A DNA stretch of 64,000 nt. Origin: an uncultured Acidobacteriota bacterium. GTDB lineage: Bacteria; Acidobacteriota; Thermoanaerobaculia; Multivoradales; DATKCC01. The DNA is taken from NCBI GenBank assembly GCA_963837945.1, contig CAWIQD010000009.1, positions 64,529 through 128,528 on the forward strand, given 5' to 3'. How positions within the stretch are numbered: the first letter of the stretch is position 1; each line of letters starts with the position of its first letter. This document shows, one piece after another, positions 25,796-35,026 of the stretch. Under the pieces are notes generated by a model. The model was not told the origin of the DNA and searched no databases. It worked only from the letters and a program-made list of their open reading frames with translations. A program made the position numbers and the translations under genes.

Positions 25796-28700
25796 ATGGC
25801 CCTCCGCGCCGCGCTCGCTCTGCCGCTCGCCCTCGCCCTGACCCTGGCCCCGGCCCGACACGGCTCCGGCGCGCCGGCCGCCGCCGGGAAGGCGCCGGAC
25901 TGGGGACGCGCCGTCGCCCTGCAGCGCCAGGCCCTGGCGCAGCTCGAGAACGAGCAACCGGGCAAGGCGGAGGAGCTCTTCCGGGAGCTCACCCGGGTGG
26001 TGCCCGGAGATCCCATGCCGTGGGCCAACCTGGCGGTCGCGCAGCTCCGCCAGCAGCAGACCGACGACGCCCTCCGCTCGATCGCCCGCGCCATCGAGCT
26101 CGCGCCCGGAAACGGCGAGGTGCTGGCGGTGAAGGGAGCGATCCTCGACTGGACCGGCGACGGCGACGCCGCGCTCGCCGCCTACCGCCAGGCGGCCGAG
26201 CTCGATCCGCGGGACCCGCAGGTCCTCTATGCCCTGCTCCGCGAGGCGACCGCCTCGGGGGACCGGGAAGCCGGCCGCCAGGCGCTCGCCGACCTCGCCA
26301 GGGTGCGTCCCGACAACTTCGTGGTCCTTCTCGAGCGCGGCAAGGCGGCGATCCAGAGCGGCGACCGGGAGGCCGCGAGCGGCGTCTTCCTGCGCGTCCG
26401 CGACCTGGTCTGGCAGGCGCCGCCGGTGGCCGTGACCGCGCTCCAGGGGGTGTTCGACGCCCTCGAGAGCGGCGACGTCTCGAACGCCCGCATCCCCGCG
26501 GCCCGGCTCGAGAACGTCCTCAAGATCACGCCCATGTACCGCGAGAGCCTCCGGGAGCTGTCGAGCGGCATCCAGGGGGTGCCGCTCCAGCACTTCGCCG
26601 GCGAGCCGCCGACCACCTCCTTCGGCGACCCGATCGCGGTGCGCTTCACCGGCGCGCGGCTCTCGGACGTCCCGACCCGGGCCGGCGGCCTCGCCCTGGG
26701 CGACTTCGACGGCGACGGCACCCCCGACGTCGCTCGTCTCCTCGAGCGCAAGGACGGCGGCCTCGAGATCCGCGCGGTGTCCGCCAAGGCCCGGAACGAG
26801 CCGCGGGTCCTGGCCGCGTCCGGGGCGACCGGCCTCCTCGCCGCCGACCTCTGGAACGACGGCGCCCTCGACCTGGTCGCCTTCGGCCCGAAGGGCACGA
26901 CGGTGCTGGCGGGGACGGCCGGAAAGGACGGCGCCGCCGGCCTGGCACCGAGCGACCCGGCGAAGACCGGCCTGGGGAAGGCGGCGGGCAGCGCCGGCGC
27001 GGTCCTCGACTACGACATCGAAGGGGACCTCGACCTTGCCCTGGCGGGCGGCGGGGCCGACGCTCCGGTCGCGCTCTTCCGCAACCCGCTCGACGCCCCG
27101 CTCGAGGACGTCTCCTCCAAGGTCTTCCCGAAGCTCCACTTCCCGGGCGCCCGGGCGCTGGTCGCGAGCGATCTCGACCGCGACGGCGACGTCGACCTGC
27201 TGGCCGGCGGCACGGCCGGCCTGCTCTGGCTCGACAACCTGCGCCAGGGCCGCTTCGTCGACCGCACCGCGGCGGGCGGCCTCGCCGGGGCTTTGCCGGT
27301 CGAGGCGCTGGTCTCGGCCGACCTCGACGGCGACGGCCGGCCGGACGTGGTGGCCGCCGGCCGGGGCGTCGCCCTGTGGCGCCACGCCGGCGACCGGTTC
27401 GAGCGCTGGAACGCTCCCGGCCTGCCCGGAGCCGATGCCGGCAGCTTCACCGCCGCGGTCGCCTTCGACGCGGACAACGACGGCCGCCTCGACCTCGCCC
27501 TGGCCGGCCCGGGCGGCGTCCGCGTCCTCGGCCAGGACGGCAGGGGCGGTTTCCGCACGCTCGCGGTCTCGGGAGGGCCGCCCTCCGCGGCGGCGATCGA
27601 CGCCCTCGACGCCGACGGCGACGGCGACCTCGACCTGGTGGTGGCCGGCCCCGCCGGGCTCCACCTGCTGACCAACGAGGGCGGCAACCGAAACCACTGG
27701 CTCGCGGTGCGGCTGGCGGGGCTCACCCAGGGCAACGGCAAGAACAACGTCCGGGGCGTGGGCGCGACGGTCGAGGTCGAGACCGGCACCGCCTACCAGT
27801 TCCGCGAGCACGATGGGCGGGTGAGCCACTTCGGCATCGGCCGCCTCACCGCCGCCGACGTCCTGCGCGTAGTCTGGAACAACGGTGTGCCCCAGGACCG
27901 GCTCGACGTCGCGGGCAACCAGACGATCACCGAGGAGCAGGTGCTCAAGGGCAGCTGCCCGTTCCTCTATACCTGGAACGGCCGCCGCATCGCCTTCGTG
28001 ACCGACCTGCTCTGGAACGCTCCGGCGGGCCTGCCCGCGGCGCCTGGAGCGTGGATCCCCGCCGACCCCGAGGAGCTGGTGCGGGTCGAGGGCGCCCGGC
28101 CGCTGCCGGGCCGGCCGGGCGTCTACGACCTGCGCATCACCGAGGAGCTCTGGGAGGCGGCCTACTTCGACCTCGCCCGCCTGTGGGTGGTCGACCACCC
28201 GCCCGGAGTCGCGGTCGCCTCGAACCTGCGGGTGGTCCCTGGCGGCGGGCCCCGGCCCGAGCGCGTGCTCGGCACCCGCGACGTGCGGCCGATCGCGGCC
28301 GCCTGGGACGGCGAGGGCCGGGACGTGACCGCCCGGGTGCGCTCGCGCGACTCGGTCTACGCCGACGGCTACCGCCCGAGCGCCTACCAGGGCCTCGCCG
28401 CGGCCCCCTGGAGCCTCACCTTCGATCTCGGCGAGGCGCCGGCGGCGCCGGTGCGCCTGCTGCTCGACGGGTGGATCTTCCCGACCGACGCCAGCATCAA
28501 CATCGCCCTTGCCCAGCGCCACGACCTCGCGCTCGAAGCGCCGAAGCTCGAGGTCGAGACCGCCGCCGGCTGGCGCGTGCTCATGCCCGCCATGGGGCAC
28601 CCCGCCGGCAAGACCAAGACGATGGTGGTCGACACCCCGCCGCTGCCGCCGGGCGCCCACCGGCTCCGGATCACCACCTCGATGTGGATCTCCTGGGACC

Positions 28701-29236
28701 GGATCGCCTGGAGCACCAGACCCGCCGACGGCGCGCCGCGGGTCGTCGCCCGCCTCGCGCCGGAGCGCGCCGATCTCCACTTCCGCGGGTTCTCGGCCCT
28801 GGTGCGTCGGGCGCCCAACGCCCCCCACGAGTTCGACTACACCCGGGTCTCCACCCGCTCCCCCTGGGCGCCGGTGCGCGGGCGCTACACGCGCTACGGC
28901 GACGTGGGCGCGCTGCTCGCCGACTCCGATAGCCGCTCGGTGGTGCTCGCTCCGGGCGACGAGATCGCCCTTCTCTTCGACACTTCGCGCCTCCCGCCGC
29001 CGCCCGCCGGCTGGCACCGCACCCTCTTCCTCGAGAACCACGGCTGGGACAAGGACTTCGACAAGCACACCTGGGCCATCGAGTCGGGCAGCCTGCCGCT
29101 CCCGTTCGAGGGCATGGGAACCTATCCCTGGGGCGATGACGTTCGGCCGCCCGCCGGGGCGGCCTGGGAGCGCTACCGGCGCGACTGGCTCACCCGCACG
29201 CCGGACGGCCCGGCCCCCGGCGCCCGCCGCCCCTGA
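25796..29236 (+). CDS. secreted TPR + FG-GAP + ASPIC/UnbV protein with an extended C-terminal domain
   Basis: Signal peptide, TPRs, DxDxDG repeats, HFGIG..VVWNNG, LKGSCPFLYTWNG, TEELWEAAYFD, GWDKD. Confidence 0.88.
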   Translation: MALRAALALPLALALTLAPARHGSGAPAAAGKAPDWGRAVALQRQALAQLENEQPGKAEELFRELTRVVPGDPMPWANLAVAQLRQQQTDDALRSIARAIELAPGNGEVLAVKGAILDWTGDGDAALAAYRQAAELDPRDPQVLYALLREATASGDREAGRQALADLARVRPDNFVVLLERGKAAIQSGDREAASGVFLRVRDLVWQAPPVAVTALQGVFDALESGDVSNARIPAARLENVLKITPMYRESLRELSSGIQGVPLQHFAGEPPTTSFGDPIAVRFTGARLSDVPTRAGGLALGDFDGDGTPDVARLLERKDGGLEIRAVSAKARNEPRVLAASGATGLLAADLWNDGALDLVAFGPKGTTVLAGTAGKDGAAGLAPSDPAKTGLGKAAGSAGAVLDYDIEGDLDLALAGGGADAPVALFRNPLDAPLEDVSSKVFPKLHFPGARALVASDLDRDGDVDLLAGGTAGLLWLDNLRQGRFVDRTAAGGLAGALPVEALVSADLDGDGRPDVVAAGRGVALWRHAGDRFERWNAPGLPGADAGSFTAAVAFDADNDGRLDLALAGPGGVRVLGQDGRGGFRTLAVSGGPPSAAAIDALDADGDGDLDLVVAGPAGLHLLTNEGGNRNHWLAVRLAGLTQGNGKNNVRGVGATVEVETGTAYQFREHDGRVSHFGIGRLTAADVLRVVWNNGVPQDRLDVAGNQTITEEQVLKGSCPFLYTWNGRRIAFVTDLLWNAPAGLPAAPGAWIPADPEELVRVEGARPLPGRPGVYDLRITEELWEAAYFDLARLWVVDHPPGVAVASNLRVVPGGGPRPERVLGTRDVRPIAAAWDGEGRDVTARVRSRDSVYADGYRPSAYQGLAAAPWSLTFDLGEAPAAPVRLLLDGWIFPTDASINIALAQRHDLALEAPKLEVETAAGWRVLMPAMGHPAGKTKTMVVDTPPLPPGAHRLRITTSMWISWDRIAWSTRPADGAPRVVARLAPERADLHFRGFSALVRRAPNAPHEFDYTRVSTRSPWAPVRGRYTRYGDVGALLADSDSRSVVLAPGDEIALLFDTSRLPPPPAGWHRTLFLENHGWDKDFDKHTWAIESGSLPLPFEGMGTYPWGDDVRPPAGAAWERYRRDWLTRTPDGPAPGARRP

Positions 29237-29487
29237 GCCCCCGCCGACCGGTCGCGCGGCCCTCGGGCGCCGGCTTCTCCCCACCATTCACGATTTGTCT
29301 CATTTTCGCATCTCCGCGCACGTAGGCTGAGGAAGTCACACCACGCCCGACACCTCTCGCTAGGCGTACCCTGGCCGGCCGCCGAGAGCGAGCCCTCGGT
29401 GAGGGTTCCACCGGCAGTCGGCCTTTCGATCCATGGTTCGCCGGCCCCTCTGCATGGCCGGCGGAGAGGGATTCAAGGAGGAGAGGT

Positions 29488-31047
29488 ATGTCTCGTAGCG
29501 TGTGGTTTCTCGCAGTCGCGGTACTTGCCCTCGGCCTGGGCGGTGCGCCCGCCGGCGCGCAGACGGTCGCGCCCGGCGACGACGGCCCGGCCCTGACGGT
29601 GACCGACGGGCTGACCCAGACCCAGGTCGTCCAGGACTTGCAGAACGCCCAGAACCAGGGCCCGGACCCGTTCAAGACCGAGCTCGACTTCTACCGCAGC
29701 CTCGGCCTGATCGTCTTCACCACGCCGTTCAACGAGAAGGACGGCCTGGGGGACGGCCCGTTCGACCCCGACGAGTCGGGCACGCCGATCGACCTGGGAA
29801 GCCGGCCGACGCTCCAGGGCAACGGCCAGTTCCTGCGAGTCAACGGCCTGGACTCCCAGAGCTGCAACGAGTGCCACAGCATCGTCAGCGACGCTACCGT
29901 GCCGCCCGATCTCGGCATCGGCGGCGTCGGTGGCGTGTCGGCCAACGCGATCATCATGCCGAGCCTGATCGACGTCGCCGACTCGTTCGACGACCGCGTG
30001 CACTTCGTCGCCGGCCACGATCCGAACCTGCCCCTGACCGAGGACGGCGTCGCGGACTTCAACGGCCGGTTCGCCAACTCTCCGTTCCTGTTCGGCGGCG
30101 GCGGGGTCGAGCTGGTGGCCAAGGAGATGACCCGGGAGCTCGAGAAGATCCTCGCGGACCTCAAGGCCGGGCCGGGCGGTGTCACCGTCGCTCTTCGACG
30201 CCAAGGGCGTCCACTTCGGCACCGCCACCAAGCTCGAAAACGGGAAGATCGAGCTCGACCTCCAAGGGATCGGCTTCCTTCCCGATCCTCTGAAGCCGCG
30301 GAGCGACGAACAACAGATCGTCGTCCGCCCCTTCGGCCGCAAGGGCGACCGCTTCAGCATGCGCGACTTCGACCTCGGCGCGATGGAGTTCCACTTCGGG
30401 ATCCAGCCGGTCGAGGACCCGACCCTCGAGAGCGAGGACGACGATCGGCGACGGCGTCACCGAACGAGCTCACGGTGCCCGAGATGACGGTGCTCGACCT
30501 GTTCAACGTGACCAACCCGCCGCCGGTCCAGGCGCCGGACGCGGACAGCCGGGGGCGGACGCTGTTCACCCAGATCGGCTGTGCCGACTGCCACCGGCCC
30601 ACCTTCGCCACCGAGTCGCCCAACCTCACTCTCTCCTTCCCCGAGGTCGCGGAGGATCCGGACGCGAACGTCTTCATCAGCATCGATCTGCGGAGATTCG
30701 GCTTCGCCCAGGATCCCGACGGCCCCGGCGTGCTGGTGCCGCTCTACTCGGATCTGAAGCGCCACGACATGGGCGAGGGCCTGGAGGAGGACTTCGACGC
30801 CCTGCGCCGAACGGTCTCCAACCGGGAGTTCGTCACCGCGCGCCTCTGGGGGATCGCCGACACCGGACCCTACCTCCACGACGGGCGGGCGACGAGCATC
30901 TACCAGGCGATCGTCCGCCACGGCGGTGAGGCCGCGCACGCCGAGTCCGCCTTCGAGGATCTCTCGGCGACCGACAAGCGGCACCTCATCTCGTTCCTCA
31001 AGAGCCTCCACACACCGGCTCATCCCAACGAGGACATCACGCCGTAG
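29488..31047 (+). CDS. di-heme oxidoreductase family protein (DUF1111-like), with compensating frameshifts at about 30195-30465
   Basis: Signal peptide, CNECH and CADCH, LYSDLKRHDMG, TARLWG..PYLHDGRA; the family motif PFGRKG lies in the alternative frame (ORF 30179-30487). Confidence 0.85.
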   Translation: MSRSVWFLAVAVLALGLGGAPAGAQTVAPGDDGPALTVTDGLTQTQVVQDLQNAQNQGPDPFKTELDFYRSLGLIVFTTPFNEKDGLGDGPFDPDESGTPIDLGSRPTLQGNGQFLRVNGLDSQSCNECHSIVSDATVPPDLGIGGVGGVSANAIIMPSLIDVADSFDDRVHFVAGHDPNLPLTEDGVADFNGRFANSPFLFGGGGVELVAKEMTRELEKILADLKAGPGGVTVALRRQGRPLRHRHQARKREDRARPPRDRLPSRSSEAAERRTTDRRPPLRPQGRPLQHARLRPRRDGVPLRDPAGRGPDPRERGRRSATASPNELTVPEMTVLDLFNVTNPPPVQAPDADSRGRTLFTQIGCADCHRPTFATESPNLTLSFPEVAEDPDANVFISIDLRRFGFAQDPDGPGVLVPLYSDLKRHDMGEGLEEDFDALRRTVSNREFVTARLWGIADTGPYLHDGRATSIYQAIVRHGGEAAHAESAFEDLSATDKRHLISFLKSLHTPAHPNEDITP

Positions 31048-31085
31048 CGGGTCGGCAGAGGCCGCTCCGCTATGCTGGGGGGGCC

Positions 31086-32804
31086 ATGGTCCGGCCCCTC
31101 CAGCCGTTCGTCCTCGCGTCGGGCCTCGCCCTGGCCGCGGTCCTGGCCTCGTCGGCCGGAGCCGCGAGCCAGGACGAGCTCGGCGAGACCTTGCGCCGGA
31201 CGCTCGACGCCGGCCGGGCCGAGGGGCGGCTCGAGATCGGCAGCACGGCCGCCTACGCCTCGGAGGCACTGCCGCACTTCTACGAGGCGCGAGGGTTCGA
31301 GCCGGTCTGGACCGACGCCGGCGGAGCCCTGCCGCGGGCCGCCCGGATGGTGCTCGTCCTGCGCCAGGCCGAGCGCGAGGGCCTCTCGCCGCGGGATTAC
31401 CACCTGGCGGCCATCGAAGGCCTCCTGGCCGGGTTGGCGGAACACCCGCGGCCGCGCGCCGGCGCGGCGCCCGCCAGCGAACCGCCGCCGGAGCTCGCCC
31501 AGCTCGACCTGCTCCTCTCCGACGCCGCGCTCCTCTACGCCAGCCACCTGGTGTCGGGAAAGACCGACCCGGCGACCCTCCACACCCACTGGCGGGCCGA
31601 CCGGCGCGAGCTCGACGCGGCCGGCTTCCTCGAGGACGCCCTCGGCTCCGGCGATCTCGCCGCCGCCTACGAGGGGCTCCTCCCCGCCTACCCCGGATAT
31701 CGGCGGCTTCGCCGGGCCCTGGCCGATCTCCAGCGGATCGCCGACGCGGGCGGCTGGGGCAGGGTGCCGGCGGGCGAGCCTCTGCGGCCCGGCGAGACGA
31801 GCGCACGAGCGCCGGCGCTGCGCCGGCGCCTCGCGCTCTCCGGTGACCTGGCGGCGGATCGCGCGTCCGCCCCGAGCGCCGGCGAGGAGACCCTCTACGA
31901 CCCCGACCTCGAGGCCGCGGTCCGCTCGTTCCAGGCCCGCCACGGCCTGACGGCGGACGGCGTCGTCGGCGGACGCACCCTCGCCGCCCTCGACGTGCCG
32001 GTCGAGCGCAGGATCGAGCAGGTGATCGTGAGCCTCGAGCGCTGGCGCTGGCTGCCCCAGGACCTGGGGGAGCGCCACGTCCTGGTGAACATCGCGGGCT
32101 TCGAGCTCCAGGCGGTCGACCGGGGACGCGTCGCGCTCGCCTCGCGGGTGATCGTGGGCAAGCTCTTCACCAAGACGCCGGTCTTTTCCGGCCGGATGAC
32201 CTACCTGGTGCTGAACCCGTTCTGGTACGTGCCGGCGTCGATCGCCAGGAACGAGATCCTGCGCGACGTGCAGAAGGACCCGGGCTACCTCGCCCGGGAG
32301 AAGCTCGACGTGATGGACGGCACGGGGCCTGCGGCCCGCGTGCTCGATCCGGCGGCGATCGACTGGCGGAGCCTCGGTCCCGGCGACCTGCCGTACGTCT
32401 TCCGCCAGCGCCCCGGCAAGGCGAACTCCCTGGGGCGGATCAAGCTCATGTTCCCCAACCCGTACAACGTCTACCTCCACGACACACCGGCTCGCAGCCT
32501 CTTCGCGCGCGACGTCCGGGCCTTCAGCCACGGCTGCATCCGCGTCGAGAAGCCCCTGGAGCTCGCCGCCTGGGCGCTCGCAGGCGATCCGCGCTGGAAC
32601 GAGGAGACGCTGGCGGCGGCGATCGACACCGGGGTCCAGCGGACGATCCTCCTCGCCCAGCCGCTGCCGGTGCACGTCCTCTACTGGACCGCCTGGGTCG
32701 ACGAGCAGGGCGTGCTCCAGCTCCGCGACGACGTCTATGGCCGCGATCCGGTGGTGCTCCGGGCGCTCCGCGAGACGCCGCCCGCAGCCACCCCTTCGCG
32801 CTGA
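31086..32804 (+). CDS. L,D-transpeptidase (YcbB/LdtD-like) with peptidoglycan-binding domain
   Basis: FQARHGLTADGVVG, LERWRWLP, VYLHDTP..RAFSHGCIRV. Confidence 0.93.
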   Translation: MVRPLQPFVLASGLALAAVLASSAGAASQDELGETLRRTLDAGRAEGRLEIGSTAAYASEALPHFYEARGFEPVWTDAGGALPRAARMVLVLRQAEREGLSPRDYHLAAIEGLLAGLAEHPRPRAGAAPASEPPPELAQLDLLLSDAALLYASHLVSGKTDPATLHTHWRADRRELDAAGFLEDALGSGDLAAAYEGLLPAYPGYRRLRRALADLQRIADAGGWGRVPAGEPLRPGETSARAPALRRRLALSGDLAADRASAPSAGEETLYDPDLEAAVRSFQARHGLTADGVVGGRTLAALDVPVERRIEQVIVSLERWRWLPQDLGERHVLVNIAGFELQAVDRGRVALASRVIVGKLFTKTPVFSGRMTYLVLNPFWYVPASIARNEILRDVQKDPGYLAREKLDVMDGTGPAARVLDPAAIDWRSLGPGDLPYVFRQRPGKANSLGRIKLMFPNPYNVYLHDTPARSLFARDVRAFSHGCIRVEKPLELAAWALAGDPRWNEETLAAAIDTGVQRTILLAQPLPVHVLYWTAWVDEQGVLQLRDDVYGRDPVVLRALRETPPAATPSR

Positions 32805-32846
32805 GATCCGGCCCGCCGAGCCGAAACCCGGGACGGGAGGGGGCGA

Positions 32847-33248
32847 TCAGCCGACTTCGCTCATCAGCGCCAGCAGGTTGCCCTCGGAGTCCCGGAAGAA
32901 GGCCATCCAGAGCTCGTAGGTCTCGGTGCGGTGGACGACGTGGGGCTCGCCCTCGAGCTCGACGCCGCGGCCGGCGAGCACCCGGTGCGCCTCGCGCACG
33001 TCCGCGACCCGGAAGTAGAGGACCGACGACAGGTGGTCGTGCTCGGGATTCGAGGGGAGCCCGAGGAGCAGCCGGACGCCGGCGCAGTCGAAGAAGCTCA
33101 TGCCGGGCGCGCCGAACAGGAACCGCACTCCCAGCGTGTCGCGGTAGAAGGCGGTGGCGCGGTCCAGGTCGTGGACGTTGACGGCGATCTGGCCGATCTC
33201 CGAGAGGCCGAAGGCGGCCTCGGGACCGGGTCGGGCGGTGGCATTCAT
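32847..33248 (-). CDS. VOC/glyoxalase family protein
   Basis: IGQIAVNVHDLDRATAFYRDTLG..WMAFFRDSEGNLLALMSE; SD GGAGG. Confidence 0.9.
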   Translation of the reverse strand: MNATARPGPEAAFGLSEIGQIAVNVHDLDRATAFYRDTLGVRFLFGAPGMSFFDCAGVRLLLGLPSNPEHDHLSSVLYFRVADVREAHRVLAGRGVELEGEPHVVHRTETYELWMAFFRDSEGNLLALMSEVG

Positions 33249-33316
33249 CTCGGGGACCTCCTGGTGACGGGCTCTCCGGGCCAGCCGACCGGTTCCGTGG
33301 GCGACGGGCCACGAAT

Positions 33317-33358
33317 TTGACCCGCCGGCGGGCGCCGTGAGATAGTTAGCTTGGCTAA
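33317..33358 (+). promoter_or_regulatory. sigma70-like promoter overlapping a putative MarR operator
   Basis: TTGACC-N18-GATAGT; palindrome TTAGC-TTG-GCTAA at 33346-33358. Confidence 0.55.
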
Positions 33359-33371
33359 GGAAAATAACCGA

Positions 33372-33848
33372 ATGTCTCCCGCCCGTCAAGATCCGTCGCT
33401 CGGCGCCCGCACCGAGCTCGCCGACCGGCTCCACTCGGCGGCGATTCACCTGCTCCGCAAGCTCCGGACCCAGGACGCCTCCTCCGGGCTCACCGCCCCG
33501 CGCCTTTCGGCCCTGTCGGTGATCGTGTTCGGCGGGCCGATCACCGTGAGCGCCCTGGCCGACGCCGAGCAGGTACGCCTGCCCACCATCTCGCGGCTGG
33601 TCAAGGAGCTCGAAGCGGAAGGCCTGGTCGAGCGCCTCGCCGATCCGACGGACGGGCGGGTGCACCGAGTGCGGGCGACGCCCGCGGGCCGCGAGCTGCT
33701 CGAGCGCGGGCGCGACCGTCGGGTGACGCTTCTCGCCTCGGAGCTGGCGCAGCTGACGCCGGTGGAGGCCCGCACCCTCGCCGAGGCCCTGGCGATCCTC
33801 GAGCGGGTCACGCTGCCCCGCGAGCACCCGCGGCGGGAGGAGTCGTGA
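33372..33848 (+). CDS. MarR family transcriptional regulator
   Basis: Winged HTH: LADAEQVRLPTISRLVKELEAEGLVER..DGR..TPAGR. Confidence 0.92.
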   Translation: MSPARQDPSLGARTELADRLHSAAIHLLRKLRTQDASSGLTAPRLSALSVIVFGGPITVSALADAEQVRLPTISRLVKELEAEGLVERLADPTDGRVHRVRATPAGRELLERGRDRRVTLLASELAQLTPVEARTLAEALAILERVTLPREHPRREES

Positions 33849-34501
33849 CGGCCGAGCGTCGAGCGCTCGTGCGCCGGGGCCTGGTGCTCTGCGCCCTGAC
33901 CCTCGCCTGGGACCTGGTGGAGGGGGTGGTCGCGGTCGCGGCCGGCGCCGCCGCGGGCTCGGTCGCCCTCGTGGGCTTCGGCGTCGACTCGCTGGCCGAG
34001 ATGGTGAGCGCCTCGGTGGTCGGCGCCCGCTTCGCCTATGAGACGGGCGAGGCGCCGGAGGAGCGAGCCGAGAGGATCGAGCGCTTCGAGCGGATCGCCA
34101 CGCGCATCGCCGGCGGCCTGCTCCTCCTGGTCGCCCTCTACGTCCTGGTCGATTCGCTGCGCCGGCTGCTCGGCCATGGCCCGGAGCCCCGGCCGAGCAT
34201 GCCCGGGACGATTCTCACCGCCGTCGCGCTTCCGATCATGGGCCTCCTCGCCTGGGGCAAGCTCCGGACCGCCAGGGCGCTGGGCAGCCGCTCGCTCCGC
34301 GCCGACGCCTACGAGAGCGTCAGCTGCGCCTGGCTCGCCGCCGCCACCTTGGCCGGCCTCGTCGCCAACGCCACTCTCGGCTGGTGGTGGGCCGACCCGG
34401 TGGCCGCCCTCGCCGTCCTCCCGCTGGTGGTCAAGGAGGGGCTCGAGGGCCTGCGCGGCGAGGAAGAGGAACGCGGCGAGGAGCCCGCGCCGGACGCCTA
34501 G
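33845..34501 (+). CDS. cation efflux (CDF-like) membrane protein
   Basis: GSVALVGFGVDS..LRADA..GWWWADPVAA; about 6 TM helices. Confidence 0.85.
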   Translation: MTAERRALVRRGLVLCALTLAWDLVEGVVAVAAGAAAGSVALVGFGVDSLAEMVSASVVGARFAYETGEAPEERAERIERFERIATRIAGGLLLLVALYVLVDSLRRLLGHGPEPRPSMPGTILTAVALPIMGLLAWGKLRTARALGSRSLRADAYESVSCAWLAAATLAGLVANATLGWWWADPVAALAVLPLVVKEGLEGLRGEEEERGEEPAPDA

Positions 34502-35004
34502 GCGTCCGGCGCGGCCTGTGCCAGGCGCTTGAGGAGCTGGATCTGGCCGGCGTGGTAGAGATCGTGGGCGGCGGCGCCGGTGAGCAGCTCGAGGACCGTG
34601 TGCTTCGTGCCCTCGGGGCTCGCCTCGAGGTCGCGGCCGGCGAGGTCCGCGACCGCCTGGCGCAGGCGCCGGTGCTCCTCATCGAGGAGCGCCCGGTCCG
34701 CCTTCCACGCCGCCTTCGTCTCCTTGCCCGCCTCGGGGCGGGGGAAGAAGCTCGAGCCCTGGAGGGGAAAAGAGCCCTGCGGCTCGCCGGTCAAGAGGCG
34801 CCTCACCCGGTACTTCCAGTAGGCGGCGTGGAGCGTGTACTCCCAGGCGTTGTGGCGTCCCGGAGCGGGACGCCAGACGGCCACGGCGACGGGCATGCCG
34901 CGGAGCGAGCCCTTGAGGTTGGTGCCGTGCCAGGACTTGTGGTCGTAGGCCCGGTCGAGGGCGGCGAGGAGCACGGCGACGGCGGGGTCGGTGGGATCCG
35001 GCAA
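34498..35004 (-). CDS. DinB family protein
   Basis: SWHG..HNAWEYTLH..HDLYHAGQI His triad. Confidence 0.88.
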   Translation of the reverse strand: MPDPTDPAVAVLLAALDRAYDHKSWHGTNLKGSLRGMPVAVAVWRPAPGRHNAWEYTLHAAYWKYRVRRLLTGEPQGSFPLQGSSFFPRPEAGKETKAAWKADRALLDEEHRRLRQAVADLAGRDLEASPEGTKHTVLELLTGAAAHDLYHAGQIQLLKRLAQAAPDA

Positions 35005-35026
35005 GAGTGAGCTCCTTTCGGAAGCG

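Noticed and set aside
22588-28932. 2114-aa ORF and other long antisense or alternative-frame ORFs
   Set aside because: Shadow ORFs typical of very high-GC DNA; they overlap well-supported genes and carry no recognisable motifs.
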